Assembly: GCA_002269645.1 (NCBI GenBank)
Contig: NIVC01001139.1
Coordinates: forward strand, 1-43,977
Source: Macrostomum lignano
Taxonomy: Eukaryota
Reading direction: 5' to 3'
Length of the DNA stretch: 43,977 nt
The notes below the pieces were generated by a model, which saw only the letters and a list, made by a program, of their open reading frames with translations, was not told where the DNA came from and ran no database searches. The translations under genes and the position numbers were made by a program. Below, one piece after another: positions 1 to 11,800 of this stretch; the stretch's first letter is position 1, and the number at the start of each line of letters is the position of its first letter.

Positions 1-608
1 TAGACAAAAAGCTAAATAAAGTAAAGAGATTTAGAATTTTTTAATTTTCAAGAAATTTGAAGAATTTTGTGTACGAATATAATTTTCATAAGATTTATTA
101 AGCATACCAAATATTAAAGACTTCATTAGTAGATAACTGCTACAGAAAAAACTGCCAGATCCATAGCCATTAGAAAATGGGTTCTAGTACTAGAACTCTA
201 GCTATACTGGCATATACTGGCCATAGTCCAGATCATACTGGCATGCACACCCGAACAAAAATCAATAGTTACAAATTCATGCCAAAAAAATTGAGTGCAT
301 GCGCATTCTTACAACTTTGCCAATATTGCAATAATAATGACCTTTTTTATGTTGTGACAATAAAATGTCCTTTTTGTCATTGCATAATAGACCCTTCTAG
401 ATAAAAAAATTTGGTTAATTTTCTGATTTTTTTGGCGATATTATTTATAGTGGGAAATTGAAACATGTAAAAATTTGTTTAAATGCCTTATTACAAGCTT
501 AAAAAGCAGAAAGTGGTAAAGTTACACAAGAAATGAACCTTTTCACCTATTTTCTATTTCACAATAACTCTTTTCCATGTTCTATAAGTGCATGCCAGTT
601 GCCAGGTA

Positions 609-783
609 CAGTAGCGCAACTAGAAATTTTTCAAGGGGGGGGCGGATTATGAGGGTAAAGTCCAGGAGGGGGGGTGGCAGAGGGGTGGCTCTGTTTTTGG
701 CAAAATTTGCTTGGTCACCCCTTTGATTTTTTTTTCAGTCCCCTGCCTAAGGGGGGCGACCGCCCCCCCTGGTTACGCCACTG
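609..783. mobile_element. 175-bp hAT-type MITE
   Basis: Imperfect 15-bp TIRs: CAGTAGCGCAACTAG (609-623) versus the reverse complement of 769-783, CAGTGGCGTAACCAG (12/15 match). Perfect 8-bp TSD GCCAGGTA at 601-608 and 784-791. An 8-bp TSD with CAG termini is typical of hAT elements. Confidence 0.9.
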
Positions 784-904
784 GCCAGGTATATTTTCTT
801 AGGAGTGATGCAGATGCATGGCCCTAAATCAGGTCGTAAGCCTGAGTCCGGCCAGTGCCAGCATACCGTCGAGGTAGCCCTGAAGGCATCGCTGCAGGTG
901 GTTA

Positions 905-1703
905 GTGATGTGGCCAATGCCCTCAGTCGCCGCAGTGCAATGGCCGTGCCAACGTTCGTTTACAGGTTGGAGGCGGCCTTTCGGCTTGGTTGGCTATCTT
1001 CGAGCCCTCTGTGGCCGTCGTTGCCAACAGACAGTGCAGCTGCGTTTCGAGGCTGCCTTCCAAGTGCACGGAAAAGCTGCTTTCTGTGGGGCAGTCGAAT
1101 CTGCTATGACTCAACAGCAGCTTCAACGAATGTTTGGCGCCAATGCTGGCTCACATCTGCATGCAGCCTGGCATGAAGGGCTTTATGCCATGGTGTGGGC
1201 CGAGGACAGCCACTGCCGAAAGGTCATCTTTGGCAGCGACTGCCCGGATTCGCCACTATGTGCCCTCTCCACCACGACTGACGATCAGTTTAGCCTCGAC
1301 TTCGGGCTACCTAGCAGGCCCGTAGTTAGTAAGGTGCAGGAGGAGGCTTTCTACGCTGCCATGTTTAGCAACCCAGCTGTTTATCAGCTTTTCGGCACCT
1401 CTGTGTGTGCGCTATACGACTGGGCACTGGCAAAGCGCGGGCCGGAAGCGGAGGTTGAGTGTTTACTCGGCTATGGGTCGCCAGTGTCAGCAAGGGGCAT
1501 TCCAGCTAGACGAAACCCTAGAGCTATGGACTTGGCTGCATGGTATCTCCCTCTATCAGGGGCATCGATGCGTGGACCATCACGGCGATTGCCAGCAAGT
1601 GGCTGAAGACTCATCAGGTGCTTCGAAAAAGCAGTTGCAGCATGACCTGGAAGCAGCAGGTGCTTTGGCGACTGGTGGCAACAAAGGGCTGGGTCAACGT
1701 TGA
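905..1703 (+). pseudogene. Degenerate, frameshifted hAT-like transposase C-terminal fragment
   Basis: A protein-like sequence can be stitched across three frames: ...YDWALAKRGPEAEVEC / YSAMGRQCQQG..DETLEL / AWYLPLS / GIDAWTITAIASKWLKTHQVLRK... It resembles the EAxxEx(F)S dimerisation motif and downstream Trp of hAT-family transposases. Recognised from memory only; several frameshifts are needed. Confidence 0.45.
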
Positions 1704-3684
1704 TTGATGCAAGCCATTGACTGACTAATTGAACCAAATCACTGATCCTGGGGACTGGCCCTGTGTGGTATGGGTAGATGTCTGGCATGGGAAAGGGGGG
1801 TGTCCGGCGCGGTTCAGACCTTGGCTGCAATAGGGATGCATGCCAACTGTAATTGTAATGCAATACTGCAATTGTAATTTGCATGCCTTTTTTGGCATGC
1901 AAGGCCAATGCACACCCAAATTTTTGGGCATAGGCCCTATACTACATGATCTGGAGTGTGGTATGCTGGCTGTGGCAAAATTTTCTGGCAGATTGTTCCA
2001 TATACCAGATACTTTACAAGTTTACACGAACCATTTTTGGGTCTATTGTATACCAGAATTTTCCTGTGTATATGTAAGATTCGGGAGTAGGGCACCCAGC
2101 ACGATCCTGACTATGGCCCATATGAATTATTAGGGCCTATTATAGGCCTACAAAGAAAGTTGGGCACCAATAAGCAAACTAAGGTACAAAGTGCCATGCA
2201 TGGTACCAACAAAAAGCATAGGTCTATCTATAGTATACTTAACTAGCCATAATTTAATTACAGTATATTAGGCCAATAAAGGCCCCTAACTAACTATGCA
2301 TGATCACATGATTAAATAAACACATGCGATGCCACATGCACATATTATTGTACTTAAACGTTAAACTTACTTAGAAATGTTGTGCATGAAGAAAGTCTAG
2401 ACATTTAGGGCCTAATTTGGCCTTTCGAACTTCTTGAACACGCAAGTCGGGTTGCTATGCTGGCTGATGATGTTGAAAAATCGAAAACAATTGACTATAG
2501 TCTAAAATACTTAATTTGGCCCAGTAGCACTAGCAGTAGTATAGGCATAGCCGGACGGTCGTTTTAAAAGCAATTTCGGAGAATTAATAAATTCATATAA
2601 AAATAGGTCGGATAGAAATTTTTACTTATATATTTTTAAACAAAAAGAAAAATATTTCAGCATCGTTTTTCGTCAAAATATTTCTGGAATATAAAATTTT
2701 ATTTAAAGGTAAGCCATTGCAATAACTGTCGCGGTCAGTTTTGGCATTGTAAACTTTGAAATCTTTCAGCTTCGAGCCCTCGAGTTATCGTCATCATGAT
2801 GTGCACTTTGCGCGCGCCAGCTGGAACTTACCCGTCTCGCTAGCGAATCACTATCAGTGAATCACTAGAATCAGTATCACTTTCACTATCACTATCACTA
2901 GCGCCGCAAAAAGTATGTCGGACAAATAATATTTTTTTTACCATGGATCTATGGCAGGCATGCATGCGGGTGGCTTACATCAAATCTCTAAAGTCTAATT
3001 TAAAGTTTCGTAGGCCTATTGTACTAAGTATTTACTAGGCCTAATGGTAGGCTAGGCCTAGCTTAATTCAAAGATTACAAAGATTCGTAGATTGTACTTT
3101 TCTGGAGTCAAAATGATTTAACGAACGAAACTTGACAATTGCCGAAGTTTGTAGTTCTATTTTGGGGAACAGGACATTTCGTCCGAATACTTTTTGTCTG
3201 GGTCTTTTCGTCCAGATGAGACATTTCGTCCGAAGGGTACGACATTTCGTCCGAGTCCGATACACAAATTTTAGTCTAATGACTCTAACTAATCGATGGA
3301 AGTGTTTGGGTGAGGGTGTATTCGAGTGCGTAGCAGTGCATTGCTCACTAGTTAAGTTAAGTTCTCTAAGAAGGTGGCTGTATAGGTGCCAATTCAAATC
3401 GAAATCTAAACTCTAGTCGCTAGAGTCTAGGTCTAATGACTGTAGGCCTACTATGTATAGGGGCCTAATTTCATAGGAAAACTTTGAATACTATACTTAA
3501 TAGACACAGTTTCTTGATGAAGGCTACAGGACATTTTGGCAAATTCAAAAAGGTAGGGCCTATACAAATGTAACAAAGTTAAAAATGACAGAGCAGAGGT
3601 AAAATTAACAAATTAAGGTAGAGTAGAGGCAGGGGAGAGTGGGCTTGGCAGTTGCATCATATCTAGTAGGATGGCAGAGTCTAG

Positions 3685-4108
3685 ACCGGCGCATGACCAA
3701 GACCGCCACATACCAAGACCGCCACAGCTCTTACTGACTATTGGAATTGAGGGGAAGCTACCAATCTTTCAGCATTGCTATTGGTTATGATGAGTTGTGG
3801 AGTTAGATGAGGAGGAAGTGTCCTAAGATTGGTCACTAATAAGATGAATAAGTGGCCCAAAATGATTGCAAGTCAACCAGGGCAATTTTAACAATTTAAA
3901 TTAAATGAAAAAAACAAGGAACCTGGCTCACCACCTACCTGGCCAGGCTGGCCTGCTCACCAGTTCCTCTCTCGTGGCCTTGTCTTGCTGGCTCTCCCCA
4001 TCTCACCCCTCCTCAGCACCATCCAATAACATGGCAAGCCAAATTCCTCCCTCTTAGCTCCCCCAAGTGTGGCGGTCTTGGTGTGTGGCGGTCTTGGTCC
4101 TACACCGT
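3685..4108. mobile_element. About 424-bp MITE with about 40-bp TIRs containing a tandem ACCAAGACCGCCAC motif
   Basis: Left end (A)CCGGCGCATGACCAAGACCGCCACATACCAAGACCGCCACA matches the reverse complement of the right end, ACGGTGTAGGACCAAGACCGCCACACACCAAGACCGCCACA. CTAG lies on both sides (3681-3684, 4109-4112). Confidence 0.8.
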
Positions 4109-4811
4109 CTAGACCAGAGGCAGCCTATATTATAATATGCTATGTAACCTATATTAGGCCTATAGTCATATTATTTTTAAAACTTGCAACAGTTGCAAAT
4201 TTAATTCATAACCATATAGGCCTATTCAATTAAAATTTAACCTAAAATTCTATTTTATTAAGTTGATCTTCTTGACCTAACTTCCTAAGCTAATTCAATG
4301 CAAAATTCAGTATATGAATTTCTGGATTGAATTTTATAATGAATCCCAAATTTAATCTTAAGGCTAAATTGAATTGGCTTAAGAGCCCAAGAAATTATGT
4401 ATTAAAAAGAATTAAATCCTATATTAAATTCTACACTTTTAGACCTACTTAGTTTTAGGTCTATTTGCAACACATTAATTTTTGATAATGTGATTTTTTC
4501 AAAATGTGATTTTTTCTATGTGTAACAAAAGTTATATTTTATTTTACTTTATGTAAAATAAAGTTTATATGACCATGAGTGCTTGATTTATTACATGAAA
4601 GTTGAATAATTGACCTTATTTTTATAGACGTAGGCTTATTTTAAGTCAAAAGAATTTCTATGTAAAGTCAAATAGTTTGTAAGATTTAATAGCTTATTTG
4701 AAAATAGTTTATAAATTTGATTCTTTAAGTCATTATTTTTACATTTATGTCACTTATGGCTTATATGGGTGTCAGTTATATTGGCAAACAGACATTTTGG
4801 CAAAAGCCAAA

Positions 4812-5125
4812 CTGATGTATCCATACATGCGCAACCTCCAAAATTTGGTTGGCCGTGCAACTTAGTTTCAACAAAAATGCGACATAGTTTTTGGCCAAAA
4901 ATGCAACTTACGTGTAAAAGAAACCCTAAAGCAAAATTAACACAACTTTGGGTAAACGGCAGGAGTAAATATGACTGTCTTATTAAGGCAAAATGCCTCG
5001 TCATCTACCTAAGTACTACTTGGGTATTTATTCAGGCATTTTTGTGACTTACCTTGGTTGGCCGCCAAATCGGTTGGCCAGATCGGCCGACTCGGCCGAC
5101 TGTTGCGCATGTATGGATGTATCAG
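4812..5125. mobile_element. About 314-bp MITE-like element
   Basis: 24-bp inverted repeat: CTGATGTATCCATACATGCGCAAC (4812-4835) versus the reverse complement of 5102-5125 (22/24 match). TTGGTTGGCCG subterminal motifs occur near both ends. The exact ends and TSD are ambiguous. Confidence 0.7.
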
Positions 5126-5385
5126 AATTGAAATTGTAGCTCATACCTAGTACAAGGAAAAGTGTAATCTAAAACCAATCTAGTCTCTATGCACTTTTCT
5201 CTTCTCTCTTATATTTTGTGAGAAAATGTCTAGAAAATTGGCACATTGAGAAAATACTGCTAGGACCCTGAAAATAGAGATTTGTTAAATGCATATATCT
5301 GGGTGGTCCTCTGTGGTATTGTGTATTTATGGCTTCCCTTTTATTGCATGCACAGCCATGCTGAGCCGCCGTTTTGCTACTGCAG

Positions 5386-5800
5386 GCAAGCGACAGTCAG
5401 CACTGCGTCGATGACATCGACGCGATTTCAGTGTTCGCGGACGCCGACCTGCCCGACATCGACGCTGTGGATGCGGAGGACGAGGCAGAGTATCCGCCCC
5501 CTACCGACTCCCCAGAAACCACTCTGTCCCCTGCGGCGCCCTCCGAGCTGGGCGTCTCATCGCCTCTTCTACCGCCTCCTCAGCCCAGTGGGGTCCATCC
5601 TCCGTCAGCTCATTCGGGCTCCCACAGGCAGCTGCGCCAGTCCGCGCCAGCGCGAGCTTCAATGCTGAGATGCCACGCCGAAGCGGGCGGCAACAAAATT
5701 CAGAAGCGACCATCTTGGGGCAACTTCAATTGGCACCGCGTTTCGGGACCACCGCTGCCTAAACAGAGGTTCATGCCACCCCAAGGCCGCCTCATCCGAG
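5386..5800 (+). CDS. Exon (acidic then Pro/Ser-rich N-terminal region: [39 protein letters not shown]...)
   Basis: Acceptor TACTGCAG| at 5385 and an abrupt rise in GC. Open frame 5374-5958. The 3' end is uncertain because it runs into the 33/32-bp array. Confidence 0.65.
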
Positions 5801-8800
5801 GTCCCGTCCGCCTCCAGGACCGCCCAATCAGTGGTCCGGTCCGCCCCCAGGACCGCCTAATCAGTGGTCCGGTCCGCCCCAGGACCGCCCAATCAGTGGT
5901 CCGGTCCGCCCTCAGGACCGCCCAATCAGTGGTCCGGTCCGCCCCCAGGACCGCCTAATCAGTGGTCCGATCCGCCCCAGGACCGCCCAATCAGTGGTCC
6001 GGTCCGCCCTCAGGACCGCCTAATCAGTGGTCCGGTCCGCCCCAGGACCGCCCAGTCAGCTGTCCGGTCTGCTCCTAGGACCGCCCAGTCCGCCCCCAGG
6101 ACCGCCCAGTCAGCGGTCATCACAGCAGCCGTCCGGGCGCTCCAATTCGCTCCTGTCACGCTTGGGACCTCCGCCGCAGCCGTCGGCCCCACCAGCATCC
6201 AGCCGCCGGGAGCTCCTTGCCGCACGGCTGGAACAGGCCGTCCGGTGCGGCGATTTCGCCCTGGCCGTACAACTGGCCACGTCTGAGGAGGCCGTGAAGC
6301 TGGAGATCCTGGCGGACAGCGGCCTGAACTGCCTGGCCGATCAGATTGCCCAGGCTCAGACTGGCAGCTTCGTCACCGCCATTCGGGCGCTCGGTCTTCT
6401 GCGGAAGCCCACACTCAAGTGAGAGAGAGAGTTCTCAAGTTACTTGCCCTGAGTTCAGGTCCCCAGTCTGTCTCCAGTGTGACTTGTCCTGTCCGCAGTG
6501 TGACTTGTCCTGTCCTCAGTCAGTGTCTCCAGTGTGACTTGTCCTGAGGTCAGGTCCCCAGTCTGTCTCCAGTGTGACTCTTCCTGTCCCTAGTCAGTGT
6601 CTCCAGTGTGACATGTCCTGTCCCCAGTCTGTTTCCAGTGTAACTTGTCCTGTCCCCAGTCTGTCTCCAGTGTGACTTGTCCTGTCCCCAGTCTGTCTCC
6701 AGTGTGACTTGTCATGTCCCCAGTCTGTCTCCAGTGTGACTTGTCCTGTCCCCAGTCTGTCTCCAGTGTGACTTGTCCTGTCCCCAGTCCGTCTCCAGTG
6801 TGACTTGTCCTGTCCCCAGTCTGTCTCCAGTGTGACTTGTCCTGTCCCCAGTCTGCATGGATAAGCGCAGTGACCCGGCTCTACCTGCAATCACCCGAGC
6901 TCACCGCCCATCTCCGGCCCCAATTCCGCAGCGACCTGGCCAAGCTGGAGTCGTGGGCCTCCCATTGCTCAGCCGAGGATCTGAAGGGCTGCGCTGACGC
7001 CGCTTTCGATTTGTTTTGCAAGCTGCTGCCGACCCACCTCAGCCGCGATTTGGTCAGCTCATTCTTTAGGTAGCCTGGGCTGCCCTGATGCCTCCGCAGT
7101 TTTCTATTTTACCTCTTTATCAGTTGTTGGCACTGGTATTCTGATATCCCTCGAGCTCCAATCCAGTGAGACTCGCTCTCAAACCCATCCAGAATCGCCC
7201 TCAAACCCATCAAGAATCGCCCTCAAACCCATCCAGAATCGCCCTCAAACCCATCAAGAATCGCCCTCAAACCCATCCAGAATCGCCCTCAAACCCATCC
7301 AGAATCGCCCTCAAACCCATCCAGAATCGCCCTCAAACCCATCAAGAATCGCCCTCAAGCCCATCCAGAATCAACCTCAAACCCATCCAGAATCGCCCTC
7401 AAACCCATCCAGAATCGCCCTCAAACCCATCCAGAATCGCCCTCAAACCCATCAAGAATCGCCCTCAAGCCCATCCAGAATCAACCTCAAACCCATCCAG
7501 AATCGCCCTCAAACCCATCCAGAATCGCCCTCAAACCCATCCAGAATCGCCCTCAAACCCATCAAGAATCGCCCTCAAGCCCATCCAGAATCAACCTCAA
7601 ACCCATCCAGAATCGCCCTCAAACCCATCAAGAATCGCCCTCAAGCCCATCCAGAATCGCCCTCAAACCCATCAAGAATCGCCCTCAAGCCCATCCAGAA
7701 TCAACCTCAAACCCATCCAGAATCGCCCTCAAACCCATCAAAAATCGCCCTCAAACCCATCCAGAATCGCCCTCAAGCCCATCCAGAATCGCCCTCAAAC
7801 GAAGTCCACCACCCAACCCCAGGTTTTTCCTGCCCCTGGAGAGCTGGGGGCACATCTGGGACGGCCTGATGCGCTTCGGCCACTCGGGCAACGTGACAGA
7901 GAAGACCTTCGCACAGTGCCTGGAGGCCGTTGCCGACGGCAGGGCTTCTGCGTATGGTGACTCTGCTGCTCAGCTCGTCAGCCTGATGGTGCCCGAGCTG
8001 CTGGCGAATAGCCAGGTAGGAATTGAACTTGAATCCACCCCATTCCATCTGTACAGAATCAGCACCCCATCCCACCTGTACAGAATCAGCACCCCATCCC
8101 ACCTGTACAGAATCAGCACCCCATCCCACCTGTACAGAATCAGCACCCCATCCCACCTGTACAGAATCAGCACCCCATCCCACCTGTACAGAATCAGCAC
8201 CCCATCCCACCTGTACAGAATCAGCACCCCATCCCACCTGTACAGAATCAGCACCCCATCCCACCTGTACAGAATCAGCACCCCATCCCACCTGTACAGA
8301 ATCAGCACCCCATCTCACCTGTACAGAATCAGCACCCCATCCAACCTGTACAGAATCAGCACCCCATCTCACCTGTACAGAATCAGCACCCCATCTCACC
8401 TGTACAGAATTAGCACCCCATCCCACCTGCTCCGAATCAGCACCCCATCTTACCTGTACATCTATCAGGAAATCTCATTAGCATGCATAAAAAATCCCAC
8501 CTGTTCCAGTGGATCACCGCTGACCTCCTCGACCGCCTGTGGCTTGAACTGGCCCGGCAAGGCGACTCCAACAGCGCCCATCTGATCGGCAGCCAGCGGG
8601 CCGTGGTGTGCACCGGCCAGCAGCAGCGGGCGGCCTTTTTGACTAGATTGACGGATGCGGTGAGTGCGCTGACTTTAAGATGCCACTTGTGAATGACACT
8701 TGTCAGCTGAGTTTGCTGAGGGAGTCTCGGCTAAATGGCGCTACGAGTATCTGACTGAGAATCGCCCCTCAACAGTCGCCACACAATCCAAAAGAATCTC

Positions 8801-11800
8801 CCCACGTTAATCTCCCCACGTGAATCTCCCCACGTGAATCTCCCCAACGTGAATCTCCCCACGTTAATCTTCAAAAGTAAATCTCCCCACGTTAATCTCC
8901 CAAAGAAAATCTCCCCAAGAGAATCGCCCCACGTGAATCGACCTCCAAGCTACCGCTCTGTTCCCCCGCCAGGTGTCGGAGATCATCCAGCGCGACTCCG
9001 GCGACTTCAAGCCTCTGTGCTGCATTCTGGACTCCTGCGGCGGCGCCTTGGACGAAACTGAAAGCCTGCAGGCTGCTCTGCTCGAGGCTCTGCTGGATTG
9101 CCAGCAACAGTCTCACCAGCTGGACCGGCTGTGCAGGGACTTCAAGCTCTATTGTGAGTGATCAGGCTTTCTGTGTGCTGCGAGCATGAAGCTGCATAAA
9201 ATTAATGTGAATGCCATTTTCATCAATCTCTACTCCCTCTGGTAAATAAACCAGATAACACCACAAGATAACATTCGCTCAAAAAAGATAACATGCCCTA
9301 TTCCGGTTATGCAAAATGTTATCTTGTATGAATCTTGTTTGCGTGACGAAATCTTACGTTTCCTTGTTTCAAACAAGATTCAAAAAGGATTTGCTGACCA
9401 GATAACAGTCGGGTAATTCGTGCGAATCCTGCAGGGAAACATCGTGTTATCCTGTTTGTTATCTTGTTTGTTATCCTGTCTGGCAAACAGGATTCGCTGA
9501 CCAGGTAACAGCCGGGTAATTCGTGCGAATCCTGCAGGGAAACATCGTGTTATCCTGTTTTTTATCTTGTTTTTTATCCTGTCTGGCAAACAGGATTCGC
9601 TGAGCAGGTAACAGTCGGGTAATTCATGCGAATCCTGCAGGGAAACATCGTGTTATCCTGTTTTTTATCTTGTTTGTTATCCTGTCTGGCAAACAGGATT
9701 CGCTGAGCAGGTAACAGTCGGGTAATTCATGCGAATCCTGCAGGGAAACATCGTGTTATCCTGTTTGTTATCTTGTTTGTTATCCTGTCTGGCAAACAGG
9801 ATTCGCTGAGCAGGTAACAGTCGGGTAATCCATGCGAAAGAAGCCGGAAGGCATTGACATCAAATTTCGCAGTAAAGATGCGTATAAGAAGTTGGTGATT
9901 CAAGATTTTATGAGTAGCATCTATATTTAACAGCGGGTTGTACTTTGTAAGCGCCTTATACAAACTAAACAAGGAACAGGAACAAGCTCAACAGGAACGA
10001 AAACTTCTGGAGAACAGCGTGGCATACGTATGAGTTTCGACAGTCCAGTTATAAGTAGACCTACTTATACTGTGGCTACTAATTGATACTACTGAATTGG
10101 TGATCTGCTGCGAGCTGGTGCTGAGTCGCAGGTCGGACCTGCTGTACTCGGACGCGACTCTGATGGCAGTCGACGCGTGAGCCAGACGTTTGAAAGATCG
10201 GGTCGCGCGCGTGGAAGGCGATTAATGAGACCACTGACGGGGGCTTGCATTATATGCCGGCGCAATGGAACGACTCTGCATTATTAAAGTTAAATTAAAT
10301 GGCGATGGAAGGCAGTTTCTCCAAAATATACACAGTTATAAAGAAACAGTAATGTACATCCACACTCGATCGCCCAGCTCTAACAGACAGCGACGGTTCG
10401 CCGACAATCATTACCAGATTATACGATTGTTCACTAGTAATGTCAGCTGCGTCGATAGTATTGTCATTCGTAGCATAGTCGTCGTCCGGAATCAACTGGC
10501 TTTCGTTGATCGGCTGCTCGTAGACCGGAGACAAAGTGAATGGTGTATCATCTGATGCGCCGGCTCGCGCGGCGCTGGCTTCGTTGCGTCCACGAAATGC
10601 CGACTACGCTGGAAACTCTTACCTGATTGTCTTCGCAATCCCGTGCGCCAACGGTAATATCCAACCGACTTGGCGTTGCAGATGTCGCTAGTGCGATGGA
10701 CGATCGTCCAACGGCGTCATCAACTGCGTCGTTCGAAGCAGTGACACCCTCCGGAAAAAGTGGCTGACAAGATCGCCGACACTCATGGTCTGTAACGACT
10801 ACTCTCTTGACTCGATCTGCTCTCGGCTGGTGCAACTGCAAACGCCTTAGACAAACCAATGGAGCATACACCGAAAAAAATCGGATTAGCGTCTATCTTA
10901 ATAGGAAAGCTGCTTTGCATACTGGGCCAGTTAGAGCTATTTGGAACTATGCCACAGTCTCCGTCTAGACACCCAGCTGTGCCAAACAATATGGTTGGCT
11001 GACTCATGCTTCTAAGCGTCAAATATGACGATAGAATCATTCAGCCCGTTGACACACTAAGCAGCTGTGATAGAATACATGCCAGTGGTAGTCAAACCTC
11101 TTGCACACTATCAGGGCGCAACAATTTTTCAATTGTCACCTGTACGGAGGATGGGCACAGCCTCACATTACGGACGCTACAGTGCCTCCGAAAAGCAGAT
11201 CAATTCACCTTGCAATTTCGAGGCTTTATTACCCCTCGGATTAAAGATTGACCCGCGTAGTCAAATAAAAGTGACTACTCTTAGCAGCTGCCTTGAGCCA
11301 CAACAGACGCGAGGTTTGATTACCCCTCGTAGGCCAGCATTTTCAGTCAACTGCTCAACTTTGATTTATCGGTTGAAGCGGGGTTCAATTATCCCTCACT
11401 GGTGGCTATACATCAACACTGCAGACGCTTTAGACAACCCAATGGAGCATGCTCTAGCAAGAGCTAGAATAACGTCTGTCTTAAAAAAAGGCTACCTTAG
11501 AACTGGGCCAGTAGGAGCTTTTGGAACCATGCCACAGCTCCATCTAGACACCCAGCTGCACCAGATAATAGGGTAATCGGATACACTAAGTAACCGCGAC
11601 AGACTACATGCCATTGGGAGTCAAACCTCTCCAGCACAATAAGAATGCAATAGTTTGTCGGAGAGCCAACAAAGCTATCACCTGCAGGGAGGGTGGGCAC
11701 GGCCTCACATTACGAGCGCTAGCGTTTGCTGATATATGGCACTTTACCCCTCGCAGGTCAGCTTAGCAGCTGCCTTGAGGCACAACAGAAGCGAGGATTG

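Noticed and set aside
2905-3265. Repeated GACATTTCGTCCGA motifs and a loose inverted match at 2908-2927
   Set aside because: Probably one end of a decayed transposon, but no paired TIR or TSD could be defined.
7166-8585. Long ORFs with [18 protein letters not shown] and WGADSVQV repeats
   Set aside because: Translations of intronic 22- and 27-bp minisatellites; only 7823-8015 is exon.
9934-10027. Exon-like segment (TTTAACAG|...[22 protein letters not shown]|GTATGA) inside the transposon
   Set aside because: Its phases (2/0) are incompatible with the host phase-1 intron, it is short, and it has no partner exons; kept only as possible cargo.
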